Source: Lingula anatina (Eukaryota > Animalia > Brachiopoda). Taken from it: DNA of 64,000 bases. Every line of letters starts with the position of its first letter. Positions within the stretch are counted from its first letter, which is position 1. Positions 27,042-38,675 of this stretch are shown here, piece by piece. The stretch covers positions 39,286,788-39,350,787 of the forward strand of contig CM120640.1 in NCBI GenBank assembly GCA_051362555.1. The letters run 5' to 3'. Below the pieces are notes generated by a model, which had not been told where the DNA came from, ran no database searches, and was given only the letters and a program-made list of their open reading frames with translations. A program made the position numbers and the translations under genes.

Positions 27042-27310
27042 CTGTCCGCAACTTGCACGACTCGACGGAGGAAGTGTGCGGAGGAAGACCTAAAGTGACA
27101 CGACTCGAATCTATACCAAACAAGTCTTAAATACTGTTTTTATCAACCTGTAGGGGAAAAAGTCCGTAGATATTCAAAATATAGGCAAACCTTACTAGAA
27201 AGTAAAAGTATAGGAGAAAATTTATAAAGTACAGATGAACTATATTGTACGTACTTGGCTTCAGATTATTCCGCACACATGTTCTGTGTAACGTGCATGG
27301 GCACGATTGC
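27042..27310 (-). promoter_or_regulatory. Putative MDM2 non-coding first exon and promoter
   Basis: Strong minus-strand donor CAG|GTAAGG at 27042/27041, upstream of the acceptor near 26649 that precedes the ATG exon; locally CpG-richer; p53 half-site-like decamers nearby. Confidence 0.55.
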
Positions 27311-27497
27311 CGTGATATAGAAAGTGCATTATAATAAAATGTTACACTTTGTGTAAGGATACATTTTAACCTTTAGCAGTTGATTTATGGAGATTGCAAT
27401 CTGCACAGTAATTTACTTCTACCAGTTATGTACAGACTTGGAAAATAAAGGGAGTTTGCAAAATTGGGTCAAGGATGGAGACGCAAACGACAGGGAT

Positions 27498-27516
27498 TAG
27501 CCACTAGAGGGCGCTA
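27498..27516 (+). promoter_or_regulatory. CTCF consensus-like site
   Basis: TAGCCACTAGAGGGCGCTA closely matches the known CTCF core consensus CCACYAGRGGGCGC. Confidence 0.65.
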
Positions 27517-28182
27517 ACTATAGTTTAGCTTTTCATTTTTGTGGTTAGTGCAGTAGGCTACTACGGTGTGGTCAAGTGATTGGAGGGGGGAGGGGGCAAC
27601 ACTGCACTTACACTACATGGGATTCACACTTCAAATTTCAATTGTCTTTTACGAAAGACAAATAGGCTATATATCTAAGTTTAAACTACTATTTAACGTG
27701 AACAACATGTAGGCTTAGGCCTACCTACGATTAGGCCTATAGATGATCTGGGAAAATGTTGGAAGTTGCAACATGAAGTTACCTAATAATATATTGGGCA
27801 AAAATAGGCCTACAAGTACATGTGATGCCCTGGTACAACTAATAAAGATTTTAAAAGGCCGTTTTCAAAAATTCATTTGGGGAAAAAGCAAGCTCTTAAT
27901 CCGCCCCCCCCCCCCTCCCAAACACACTAGGCCTACCGACCACTTACTCTTAACACCGTGTAGGTTTGCTTTGTCAGTCACATATATCTTTTGGTGAGTA
28001 TTCTTTTGCTGCACCCAGAGAATGGAATTAACTGCCGCTTTTACTACGTAGGATATGTAGGCGCTCCGGCTTCTTTTAAAGAGGAACACAAGACTTATCC
28101 ATTCAAAAAAAATTAGGCCTATTAACAGAATTTTTATAATTGACTTTTTTAATTCAGTGATGAAGTTACGTATTTAATATAT

Positions 28183-28185
<3 letters not shown>

Positions 28186-28244
<59 letters not shown>
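28186..28244. repeat. (TA)n microsatellite
   Basis: About 29 consecutive TA units. Confidence 0.97.
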
Positions 28245-28248
<4 letters not shown>

Positions 28249-28316
28249 TCAATTTTTCCTGTTTCAATCAATTTTTTCTTTTCTTTTACTAGCTTTTTAT
28301 TATACATGTATAACAG

Positions 28317-28674
28317 TACCCCCTTACCAAAAAAGTGTCACCCCTACCGCAATTACGTACATTGCTACATATTTTTATATCCAGCTCTTAAGTGAGAGGG
28401 AGCGGTTGACATAGGAGAGAGTTGTAACCCACCGGATTGCCAGAGGGTTGGGTTGTTCCATGAGAACCATTCAGAGGGACAGACAACATCATAACCAACC
28501 ATGGGCATTATCGCCTGGGTAAGGCTGACCGAAGGAAAACCACACCCAGAGGAGAAAGAATGTTAATACGAATGTGAAAAAATTCCCTTTAGAAGTTAAA
28601 TAAAGAACAATGTTTTATGACATCATTTTCTGTATCACTTGCGTTAGGGGTGACACTTTTTTGGTAGGAGAGTA
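28317..28674. mobile_element. Non-autonomous DNA transposon (MITE) with ~35-bp TIRs, possibly Tc1/mariner-type
   Basis: Left tacccccttaccaaaaaagtgtcacccctaccgcaa is the near-perfect reverse complement of right ttgcgttaggggtgacacttttttggtaggagagta; TA at both ends. Confidence 0.8.
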
Positions 28675-28900
28675 TATTTTCACTTCAGGCCAGTAGTGGC
28701 CAGCACTACTGTAGGCCTGTAGTCTACTGATTTTGATTTAGACTCAAAATAAATATTATAATTATTATTCTGGTTCCGTTTAATGAAAATATACATCACA
28801 GATACGTTGCAGGAGGGTGAAAGACCACTGAATCGACAAATAAACCATAGAGTAGATTTGCGAGGCAGTTCCTATGACAGGGTTATCCAAATATTAAATT

Positions 28901-30672
28901 TTACATTTTTAATTTCAGTTCGTTTATTGCCAACTGCTTGATTAGTTTTCTGTCAGTTTTTCCAGTAAGTGTTTTCGGAAACTCTGAGCGTGTCAAAAAG
29001 TACTTTGGTGCCAAAGACAAACCATCGGGTCCCACGGAAAAGCGAGCCTTACACCATTCTTGAAGACCATCTGCTGTGTGTTCTTCGTTAAGGATTACGC
29101 TTGCACAGAGCTCCTCTCCAAGCCTTGCATCTGGCACCCCAACAACGACAACTTGTTTGACAGCAGGATGCTCTGAGATAACATTCTCAACTTCTGCAGG
29201 GAATACCTTGATAGTCGCACGTTTTATCATGTCGTCCTTACGGCCGCAGATTTTGATTTCACCATCAGCATTCATCATTGCGATGTCTGAAGTGTGGAAC
29301 CATCCAGCATCGTCCGATGCTTTTCTTGATGCTTCTTCGTTATCCACATAACACTTGGGTAAGATCCAAGGAGAGCGGAAGCATAGTTCTCCTTCTGTGT
29401 CAGGAGGGATATCTAGACCATTTTCATCAATTAATTTGGCCTCGACACCGTTGACTACTTTCATGGTATCGCTGTACGTTGTTATTGTATTGAATCGTAA
29501 AGCACCAGAGCCAACCTCAGTTGATCCGTAACCATTAACAACGCACTTAACGTTTGGAAAAAGAAGCATGATGTCTTTTGTAGTGTTCATGTCCAGGATT
29601 TGACCACCTGTGAGTATATACTGGAGACTAGGTACGTCGTGCAGCGAGGGGTCGTCGCGGCCAAGTAAATCAACCATAAAATAGCGCATCATTAATACGT
29701 GGGTGCATCGTTCCCTCTTTAATATTCCCATCACAAAGTCGACCTCTCCATCGGCTACGGTTATGGCTGTATTCACGGTTACCCCTGTAACCCCATAAAC
29801 AGCCATTACCATAAGTGTATTGATCCCACCTAACCAAGCCAATGGGCGGTCGTTGAAACAAATGCTGTCTTCTTTGACTTCCAGCATTTCATTGAAAGAG
29901 GAAAACTGCAGGAGGAACCGGTGGGTGTATTGTACTCCTTTCGGTTTTCCAGTGGAACCCGACGTAAAGAAGACAAAGAGCGGATCGTCTGGGGTGAAGT
30001 TCTTTGCATCGGGCAGGTTATGGTGATCGAGAGCATCTTTCTCAATTAGTGAACACAAGCGAACAGAAGACCCGGAAATTCCATCAGAGTTGGGACCAAA
30101 AGTAACAATGTCTGAAGTCTTCTTGGCTATTTCCTCGCAAACCATTTTTTCTTTATCTGTTCCAACGTACATGACCAACGCCAGGCACGCATACTGCTCC
30201 ATATTGTTAGCTAGGGTGTCTAAGTTGCTGAAAAGAAATCCATTGCATCCGATGCGACTCAGTGCCAGCACAATTAGAAAGTATTCATGGCAGTTTGGAG
30301 CAAAAACGGCGATGCGGTCGCCCCGCTTGTAACCACGCTGATACAGTGCTGTCGCCAAGGCAATGGACTTCTTTTGAAGTTCGGCAAACGTCCAACAGTC
30401 TCTTTGAGTGCGGCTCTGGTAAACAACGACGGCATGTTTGGAAGGAAGTCGTTTGGCAGTTGCGTCAAAAACCTCTGGTAAGGTTGCATATAAATAGGGA
30501 GAGGGCGCAGGGTTATGGTAATAATTTCGCCGGGAAAAATGTCCAATTTGATTCATATTCTTCTTCTGGTAAGTAAAAAAAGAAGTTTTGAAATCAAGCA
30601 ATACCAAAGACATATAATAAATTCACTAACACAATTTAAAACTGGGGAAAGAAAACTTACTTCAATACTCAT
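28901..30672 (-). CDS. Acyl-CoA synthetase / AMP-binding (ANL superfamily, ACSF2-like) paralog A
   Basis: Large exon 30565-28901 plus a predicted short first coding exon 30672-30661 (MSIE, GTAAG donor, in-frame stop upstream). Motifs FTSGSTGKPK, NGYGSTE, GWFHTSD, GRKDDMIK, PAEVE, TGK. Confidence 0.92.
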
Positions 30673-31821
30673 GGGGTAAGAAACCCAATTCTATTTTGTG
30701 CAGCTGCTGCATACACCTTGCGAAATTCGGAATGGAGGGCAGATGTTCGGTGCGCTGTTTGTGTCCCAGTAATGATATAAGAGGGGCAGATATGCAGAAG
30801 AATTATGTATTAAGCGTGTGAACAGCATGGCCTTTAGGCCAAAGAGCTCATATCTTGAAGTTATGTTTAATCTGTGGTCTAGAATAAGGTCAATAATTAT
30901 ATAGTTTTCTTTTATTCAGCAAGTTGCAAAATATATTAATAAATTTTAGAGAAGCTTTGTTACCAACATGCGACTAAAAACCCGTGGCATAAATTCATTG
31001 AAATGTTTAGTAATGGATTTATATACGATCCATTGGTGTTGTCAGCAGTATATTATTAAACTAGTTTGACAGTAAGGAAGCCAAAATGTCAAATACTTGA
31101 CGAGATATTTCCCCAAGGAATTACACAAAGTGCATCCCTGTATCATTTTCTAAAAGGTTTATCATTTAAAATAGCGTTTTTAGTTTTGGCTTCTTAAAAG
31201 TGATAATCGCGCTTTATATTGCATAATTGCTTTATTTATTGAATGTTTCCACCAGTGCACACATTTGTACAAGAATTGTTACATGAGACAGACAGATTTG
31301 ACATTGCAAAATTTACTTTTTAGGCACGAACTTTCCCATTCGCCCGAGTTTGCTACCAACCATATGCAGTGGGCTTCCGATGATCTAAATAAAAAATTAT
31401 CTGAAGTGCAGTTCCCCTTTTTGCCCTTAGACTAAGTAAATACCGTTATCTCGGAGATACGACTTGGTTATCCTGAGTTAAGAATATAACCCGTTCGTAA
31501 ACCTGTGAGCTACAGTAAAGAGCTTAAGGAGCAGCCAATCGAGAGGCTTTATTTTTCCCTGCGGTAAGGTCTTTATGGAAGTTTTTTTAAATCTTTATAA
31601 AGTGTCTTTTTTAAAAAGCGCAGTATGTGCAAATAACGACAAAAGTGCAACATCTTAATTTCTAATCGTTCAGAACAAATCTTTCATTTTTCCCCCAAGT
31701 CACAGTTTAAGAAACATTGCTTTTACAGCATACATGTAGGTATCTTTATACATTATTCGCATAACATGCTGCTGAAAATCGCAATTTACAATCATGAAAG
31801 TTTCTTCTCTAGAAAGCGAGA

Positions 31822-33483
31822 ATGGATCGAATGTGCGCAATACATATGCCGCGCAGAAGCTACCGCCATGGGCCTCAAACCTCCATTTATCCATACTCGA
31901 CACTTTCGGAGGTTTTTGACGCAACTGCAAAACGATTACCAAACAAAACCGCAGTGATTGTTTACCAGAGTCGAGCTGAAAGAGAATGTTGGACATTTTC
32001 AGAGCTTCAAATAAAATCCATTGCCTTGGCGTCGGCACTGCATCAACGAGGCTACAAGCGTGGTGACCGCATGGCCATATTTGCTCCCAACTGCTCCGAA
32101 TACTTACCAGTTGTGATAGCACTGAGTCGCATTGGGTGCAATGCTTTCCTTTTCAGCAACTTAAACAGCCTTGTTGGCGACGTTGAGCAGTACGCCTGCC
32201 GCGCTTTGGTCATGTACGTCGGAACCATCAAAGAAAGAAAGGCATGCGAAGAAATAGCCAAGACGACAACGCAAATTATCACCTTCGGTCCAAACTCTGT
32301 CGGCATTGCCGGGTCTTCTGTTTGCCTGAGTACACTGGTTGAAGAAGGACATGCTCTAGGTTACCATCAGCTGCCAGCCGCGGAAAACTTCACCCCGGAT
32401 GATCCGCTCTTTGTCTTCTTGACGTCTGGCTCCACAGGAAAACCAAAATGTGTACAGTACACACACAGTTCGTTTCTTCGTTTCTCCTCTTTCAGCAAAA
32501 CGATGGCAGTTACAGAAGACAGTTGTTTCTTCAACGACCGGCCAATGACGTGGATCGGCGGGATGAACACTCTGCTCACGATAGCTGTTTTTGGTGCAAC
32601 GTCAATAACCATGAATACGGCTTTAGTCGTTTCTGAAAGAGATGTCGACTGTGTTATGGGTATATTAAAGACGGAGCGATGCACTCACGCAGTAATGATG
32701 CACTATTTCATGGTTGATCTACTCGCCCGAGACGACCCCTCGCTGCTCGACGTACCTAGTCTTCAGTATATACTCACAGGTGGGCAAATACTGGACATGA
32801 ACGTCGCAAAAGATATCATGCTACTTTTTCCTCACGCGAAGCACATGATTAATGGCTATGGTTCAACTGAAGTTGGCGTGGCCTCCATAAGACAGTTCAC
32901 AGGCAAACCGTGCTCAGAATACATGGTAATCAGTGAAGGTGTTGAAATAAAGCTGATTGATGAAAATGGTCTAGATGTTCCTCCTGACACAGAAGGAGAG
33001 CTATGCATCCGCTCTCCTTGGATCTTACCCAAATGCTATGTAGATAACGAAGAAGCATCACGAAAAGCATATGACGGTACAGGTTGGTTCCACACTTCAG
33101 ACATAGCAATCATGAACAATGATGGAGAAATCAAAATCTGCGGCCGTAAGGACGACATGATAAAACGTGCGACTATCAAGGTATTCCCTGCAGAAGTTGA
33201 GAATGTTATCTCAGAGCATCCTGCTGTTAAACAGGTTGTCGTTGTGGGTGTACCGGATGCTAGGCTTGGAGAAGAGCTCTGCGCATGTGTTGTTTTGAAC
33301 GAAGGGTGTGAAGCAAAAGGCCTGCAAGAATGGTGTAAGGATCACTTTTCGGTGGGCCCTGACGGCATGTCACTGGCACCAAAGTACTTCGTTGTATGCA
33401 CGGATTTCGCAACTACAGTCACTGGAAAAACGGACAGAAAATCAGTGAGGCAACTGGCAATGAAGAAGCTAAACATGCAGTGA
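31822..33483 (+). CDS. Acyl-CoA synthetase / AMP-binding (ANL superfamily, ACSF2-like) paralog B
   Basis: 553-aa ORF with LTSGSTGKPK, NGYGSTE, GWFHTSD, GRKDDMIK, TGK; acceptor ttctctag at 31812 in a position comparable to paralog A, so the true start may lie in an upstream exon; colinear with paralog A. Confidence 0.92.
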   Translation: MDRMCAIHMPRRSYRHGPQTSIYPYSTLSEVFDATAKRLPNKTAVIVYQSRAERECWTFSELQIKSIALASALHQRGYKRGDRMAIFAPNCSEYLPVVIALSRIGCNAFLFSNLNSLVGDVEQYACRALVMYVGTIKERKACEEIAKTTTQIITFGPNSVGIAGSSVCLSTLVEEGHALGYHQLPAAENFTPDDPLFVFLTSGSTGKPKCVQYTHSSFLRFSSFSKTMAVTEDSCFFNDRPMTWIGGMNTLLTIAVFGATSITMNTALVVSERDVDCVMGILKTERCTHAVMMHYFMVDLLARDDPSLLDVPSLQYILTGGQILDMNVAKDIMLLFPHAKHMINGYGSTEVGVASIRQFTGKPCSEYMVISEGVEIKLIDENGLDVPPDTEGELCIRSPWILPKCYVDNEEASRKAYDGTGWFHTSDIAIMNNDGEIKICGRKDDMIKRATIKVFPAEVENVISEHPAVKQVVVVGVPDARLGEELCACVVLNEGCEAKGLQEWCKDHFSVGPDGMSLAPKYFVVCTDFATTVTGKTDRKSVRQLAMKKLNMQ

Positions 33484-33490
33484 CAGTTTT

Positions 33491-33540
33491 ACCGTAACTT
33501 AAGAAAGTTGCAAAACCGTAACTTAAGAAAGTTGCAAAAC
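33491..33540. repeat. Perfect 24-bp tandem duplication just after the stop codon of paralog B
   Basis: accgtaacttaagaaagttgcaaa occurs twice in tandem. Confidence 0.9.
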
Positions 33541-34851
33541 ACGTGAATTTTAATGAAATAATTATGTGATGATATTGAGCTGGCATTAAAAAAATGCAAA
33601 AAAAAAAATTGTTATTATATCCTTATTGCCCTATATACAGTATACTACATGTATGTTGATAAGCATCACTCTACACTGTAATCCCCCCCCCCCCCCCCAA
33701 AAAAAAAAGTCGACAGCTTACCACAATATGGAGCTTTCCTGAACTACATGTGGAGGATGCAAAATAAGTCACTTTGATGAATTTGAAACTTACTTTTGTA
33801 TCTCGCGGTGGTTTTGACGAAGTAAAAAAAAATTAAAGCAAAAGTTTTGCCGGGCCTGCATGTTTATATTTCAATACTGACATTTTTCATTTAATGGAAC
33901 GATCTTATCTAATGAATAATTCATTGACCCAAATGTTGCTTTAATTCTGTCTTTAAGACAAAACATCGATGTCATTTTCTACCGGTGTATGTTTCAATAA
34001 TGTTTAATTATTTAATTCATAACACAAGGGGTGATATAAATAAACTGGTATATATCAATAAATGGGGACGGAATAGAGAATATACATATGCCTATAGATG
34101 TATTTTTTTCCTATTCCGTCCACATTTTCCCCATTTCAGACCAATTAATTGAATCGATTTCAAACAATAGGAATAATGATTGTCTCATGACGTAGTGTTA
34201 TGCCTTCGTGCCCACAATTACGCGAAATGAGTAGCTGATCGATGATTATTTGACTCCTTACTAAGACATGGCGTTTTTTAATACCAAGAATATCTTTTGC
34301 CCCAGCGGTCGGTGTAAGTATTGCTTTCTTCACTAATCCACAGTAAGATTACGGATATATCTATGGACTGATGGACTTTTTATATGTCCTGTGAAAGGAT
34401 GGGGCCAGTGCCCTTCGCGCTTGACAGTCCTTAAAACGGCATCGAGGGACCCCTGTCTTGGTCAATTAGACCTGCTCAAACATTAAGGTATGAACGCAGT
34501 TCCTTTTTGTTTGATTATCGGTATTAAGTTTGCGTGTATTGATTTCGGAGACAAAAACAAACAGACAACGAAACGGAATGAGGTGTAATTAATGATTATT
34601 ACAGATGACTGTGCAGGTGCCAGCATCTCAGCAATTAAGACACTAGGCGCTTAAACAGAAGGCAGCAACGAATTTTCTTGAGAGTTCAGGGAATCGCAAG
34701 TAGGCAGTATTCATACAATTAGAACATTCTAGTATTTAGAACAAACGGACATTGGTTTATACCGTGAAGGCAAAAGTGTTTTTCTAGTATAGGGTAAATG
34801 TTATACGGTATATAAGTAAACTTTCAAATCTAAACATTCCGAAGAGACGCA

Positions 34852-37800
34852 ATGGGCGACGAAGGGTTAGACAGCTTTATGCAAGAAAGCAGCAGAAGTT
34901 ATAAACACTGTAGAGTGAAAAATTGTGCGGATCTCGCTTCCTTAAAGAGACAGACCCATGACATTGATCTTGAACGCAAGTTAGCCGCCAGCACGTTAGA
35001 CAGGGAACAGAAAATGCTGATGGTGCAATTGAGAAGAATGAAAATGGAGCAGGAGATACACGCTCTGTCCCACCACTCTGTTTCCGGTAAGTAAACTATA
35101 GTTTTAAAGCGTGGAACCTAAAATATCAGATTCTTAACTTTTTTCCGAAGTTAAAATTCTGGAGAGTTCAACTGCACCTTCACTTTAATAATATTTTACT
35201 ATTTTGAACAATTTTATTATTATATCAAAAAATATCTCAGTACTCAAATCGAACAACTTTGAGTGAACAGAAAGATGAAATTAACAGTTATCTATGCGAA
35301 TGATGGAAAAAATCTACAAAATTACAAAATACTAGCACAAATGTTTACAAAGACAGAACCATGTCCATGAAGATGACGCAGTGTTTTTTACATTATATAT
35401 TCAATCAACCACTAGTCCGTCAAGTTATCGATTTCTTTTGATGTTTTATTTTTATCTTTTAAGCGTTAAAGAAAAGTAAATATACTTTACAATAAACGAC
35501 AATCGCTAATCTATTGCCATTAAGTATGACACATCTAATAAAATTATAGATCTAATAGACGACGGAGTTAGAATAATGTATTGTCAAACCCAGTGAAAGG
35601 TGACTCGAAAAGAACCTCAAAATACCAAAATGTTACGCACAATGCCAAAGTTCAAATTATTTCTTACAGTAAAGGTAGACCATCTCATTAAAAAACAAGA
35701 ACACAATAGCGGTAAGTGTCCAAATTCGAATACGTCCGGTAAGTGTCCCAATCTATAAGGAGTAGGCAGCATAAACATGACTATTCAAGGACAGTTGATG
35801 ATAAAAATAAAAATATCCATTGTACTATATCACTGAATCATTGACTTGTTGATTTCGTATGCTCTTTGGTACTATAAAATGCCCCGGCCGTACCATAAAC
35901 CCAGAACTCACAATATACAATAAAACGAAAATATTTACCAGAACTACCATCTAATGACGTCGGTCACCGTAGTAAATGTGACAATCCCATAGAAAAGGAG
36001 GCATGAATTTTTAACTTAATGTCAACATGGTTATTACTTCACTCGTGAAGTCTTAATTGAAAAATCGTTATTATCCAATGCGACTCGATGAATCCTAACT
36101 ACTGGTATGAAAGAGGTAGTGTGATGGCTCTCAATAGATACGTAATACAAAATCGATAGAAATACGTCAGTAAAAGAGGCGTTGTGTTTGTATAACCTCT
36201 CCAAACTTTACCGACTATGTTTAGTATCTGTTATACAAAGCACTAAAAGAAAAGTATAAGAAAGAATGGCTCCCTAGGTTTGTACAGCCAGGAATAGACG
36301 TTTCAGTGAAGATCGTGAGTTAGTGTCCAAAACGAATAAATACTTGTCTATTTTTGTCAGTCGTCAAATGATATTGCACAAAAGAGCGCATATCATGATT
36401 TTTTATACAATAACTCACGGCTTTTGGTAAAATAGGTTAATATTAAGATGAGAAAATAGGCCCTTACAAATAAGAAAGCTGTTAACACTTACTGAAAAGG
36501 TATGTTTTTTAACGAATATTTTGACCACTTTTTCGTGCATTTCTCTTCAAAACAAAGAAAATCTTATGCCATTTTTATGAAATGATCTTATTGGTGTTTG
36601 TTCAACTACAAAGGCATATGTCCTCATTCAACACTTTTTCTTTTTTCTCATCATTTGTTCATCAAGATGTCCCCGTGCCTACAAAAAAACTCCAAATCAA
36701 CAAACAACAGTCTCTTGACTTAGAACCTGCTCCTACCAAACCTGATGACGTCAGCGACCCTTACCCCATCAGTTTTGGGCGCGCCCCTACGCCCAGCGAC
36801 ATCGGGTTCAGTAGAGTCAAGGTGGAAGATGATGACGAAACTGGCGAGGAAAAAGATGAAATTAAAAACACAGTTGAGGAATTGGGTAAGAATATTATCT
36901 GTTCCATTTCTGTTTATTATAGTAAAGAATTGTGTGAAAATTGAAATGATGAGCTACTGCAAATGAACTGCGCCCTGCATGAAATAACCTGGGCATCGTA
37001 GGTTAGGCAAGGTCTTTATTTGGTGAATAATAGATTTTTCGGATCTTAAGCAACAATACACATTGTTATGTAGAATCAATAAAAGCAATTCAATATGTTA
37101 ATGTGACATATAGCAACAATGTTACTAATAATGATTATTGCTATATTTTAAAATCAGAATAGTATTTATTTGTTAAAAGAAATTATCAAACCCACGCAAC
37201 ATGTTTTTTAAATCTCTGTTGCAGGACTAAAATATGCTAGAACACGAGGTCGCCGTTTTTCCAGAGAATTTGAAGACCTTCATATACATACTGCAACGGG
37301 CTCTTTGCTCCCCCCGCTCAAAAAAATCCCTTATCGGTCAAACCTGCTTCCACCCATGTCTCATGGTGCCAAAACAGGCTCCTCGTCCGATCTCACCGTG
37401 TTACGAGAATTGGAGCACTGGCCTGGAGATCCTGAGGCAATCAACTCCGTTCGAAGGAGCAGAAAAACCGTCGAGCAACAGCATAGTGACTTTATATTGA
37501 ATCGAAGCGAGGAAGGTCATGAGCTTAACCACCACCAGGCTACCGCCGTAAAATTTGCCCAAATGCGCCTTGTTGGAGCAGAATTTCTAAAACGACACGA
37601 AGGAGAACGACCAAGAGCTGGATCAGTTGGCTCAAGGCCAGTTTCCAGGCTAGCCACGTCCCGGTGCGGGGCAGCTACACCTTCACCCCGCTCTGGTGCC
37701 AGCACCCCGATAACGTCGCCAAGGAGTGAGATGAACACACCGATAGCGAGTTCCAGGTGCGTTACTCCAATGGACAGTACACAAAGAAACCATCTTGTAG

Positions 37801-38675
37801 AAGAAAGGTTCTTGCAAAAAGGTGACACGAGACCAAGAAGTCGAACTGTTAGTGGAACCTATGACCCCTCTTTAAATGTAAGACACAAACCGCCTCTCCC
37901 TGCCGAAGTCAATTTGTCGCATCATCAAATATCACCAAGAAGAAAAAAGCTGCGAGCACAACTATCAGGTGAAGAATCACCAGCTAAGGAACAGAGCTCA
38001 TCTTCATCGTGGAGTCACAGCGATAAAATTGATGTGAACGACACGTCAAAGCTTGCAGAACAAGGAGCACGGAAAACCAAAAACAGCCCTTCGCCAGAGG
38101 GCGCCAATGTACACGACCAAACGCAACCAAGAAGTCGCTCAAACTCGTTAGGCTGCGAAGGTGGAGTTACCAAAAAGAAACTTCAGTTAACAAAATCAAA
38201 CCCATTTCCCGTCTCATCCGGACGAGATACTCCGGGGTCGTACCCAAACCAGAGAACCAAAAATGTGATCGTAATGAACGATAACCATCACCCACAATCT
38301 CCCGCACGCCACCGCAGACTGTTTCGCGTCTCCGGACTAGCTCAAGATCATCAGCGTGCGCCGACTCCGGGTGGCGAAACTCTTGCTCAGGCACCACAAA
38401 ACGCCTTGGCCAACGGATCTCATGACTCAGAGGACGCTCACGTAAACACTGACCAAAATTTGCACATCACTACTCTTAAATCGCCAGCTAACCATAGACG
38501 TCGGTTGCGTCCGGCCTTGCATCCCCCAGAAGGATATCAATTTGACGACGTGGTAATACATGCCCATGAGACAATTGAGAACGGCAAGAAAGAACATACT
38601 TCACAAGACTCGGGGAAAACGCGTCGACAGCTTACCCCTATTCCTGGGAGTGTGTCGGCTGAAAATGAAGGGTGA
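34852..38675 (+). CDS. Uncharacterised protein (~634 aa): N-terminal predicted coiled coil and long Ser/Arg/Pro-rich disordered region
   Basis: Predicted exons 34852-35086, 36667-36885, 37225-38675; phase-1 GT-AG introns join three ORF-track ORFs in frame. No catalytic motif recognised. Confidence 0.8.

Noticed and set aside
29076-32684. Antisense and alternate-frame ORFs over the synthetases (and similar ones over MDM2, NHL and the Cys-rich exons)
   Set aside because: Shadow ORFs of real coding exons.
28901-33483. Synthetases as luciferases or NRPS adenylation domains
   Set aside because: Only generic ANL motifs are present; there is no carrier or condensation domain and no peroxisomal SKL tail, and activity cannot be inferred from sequence.
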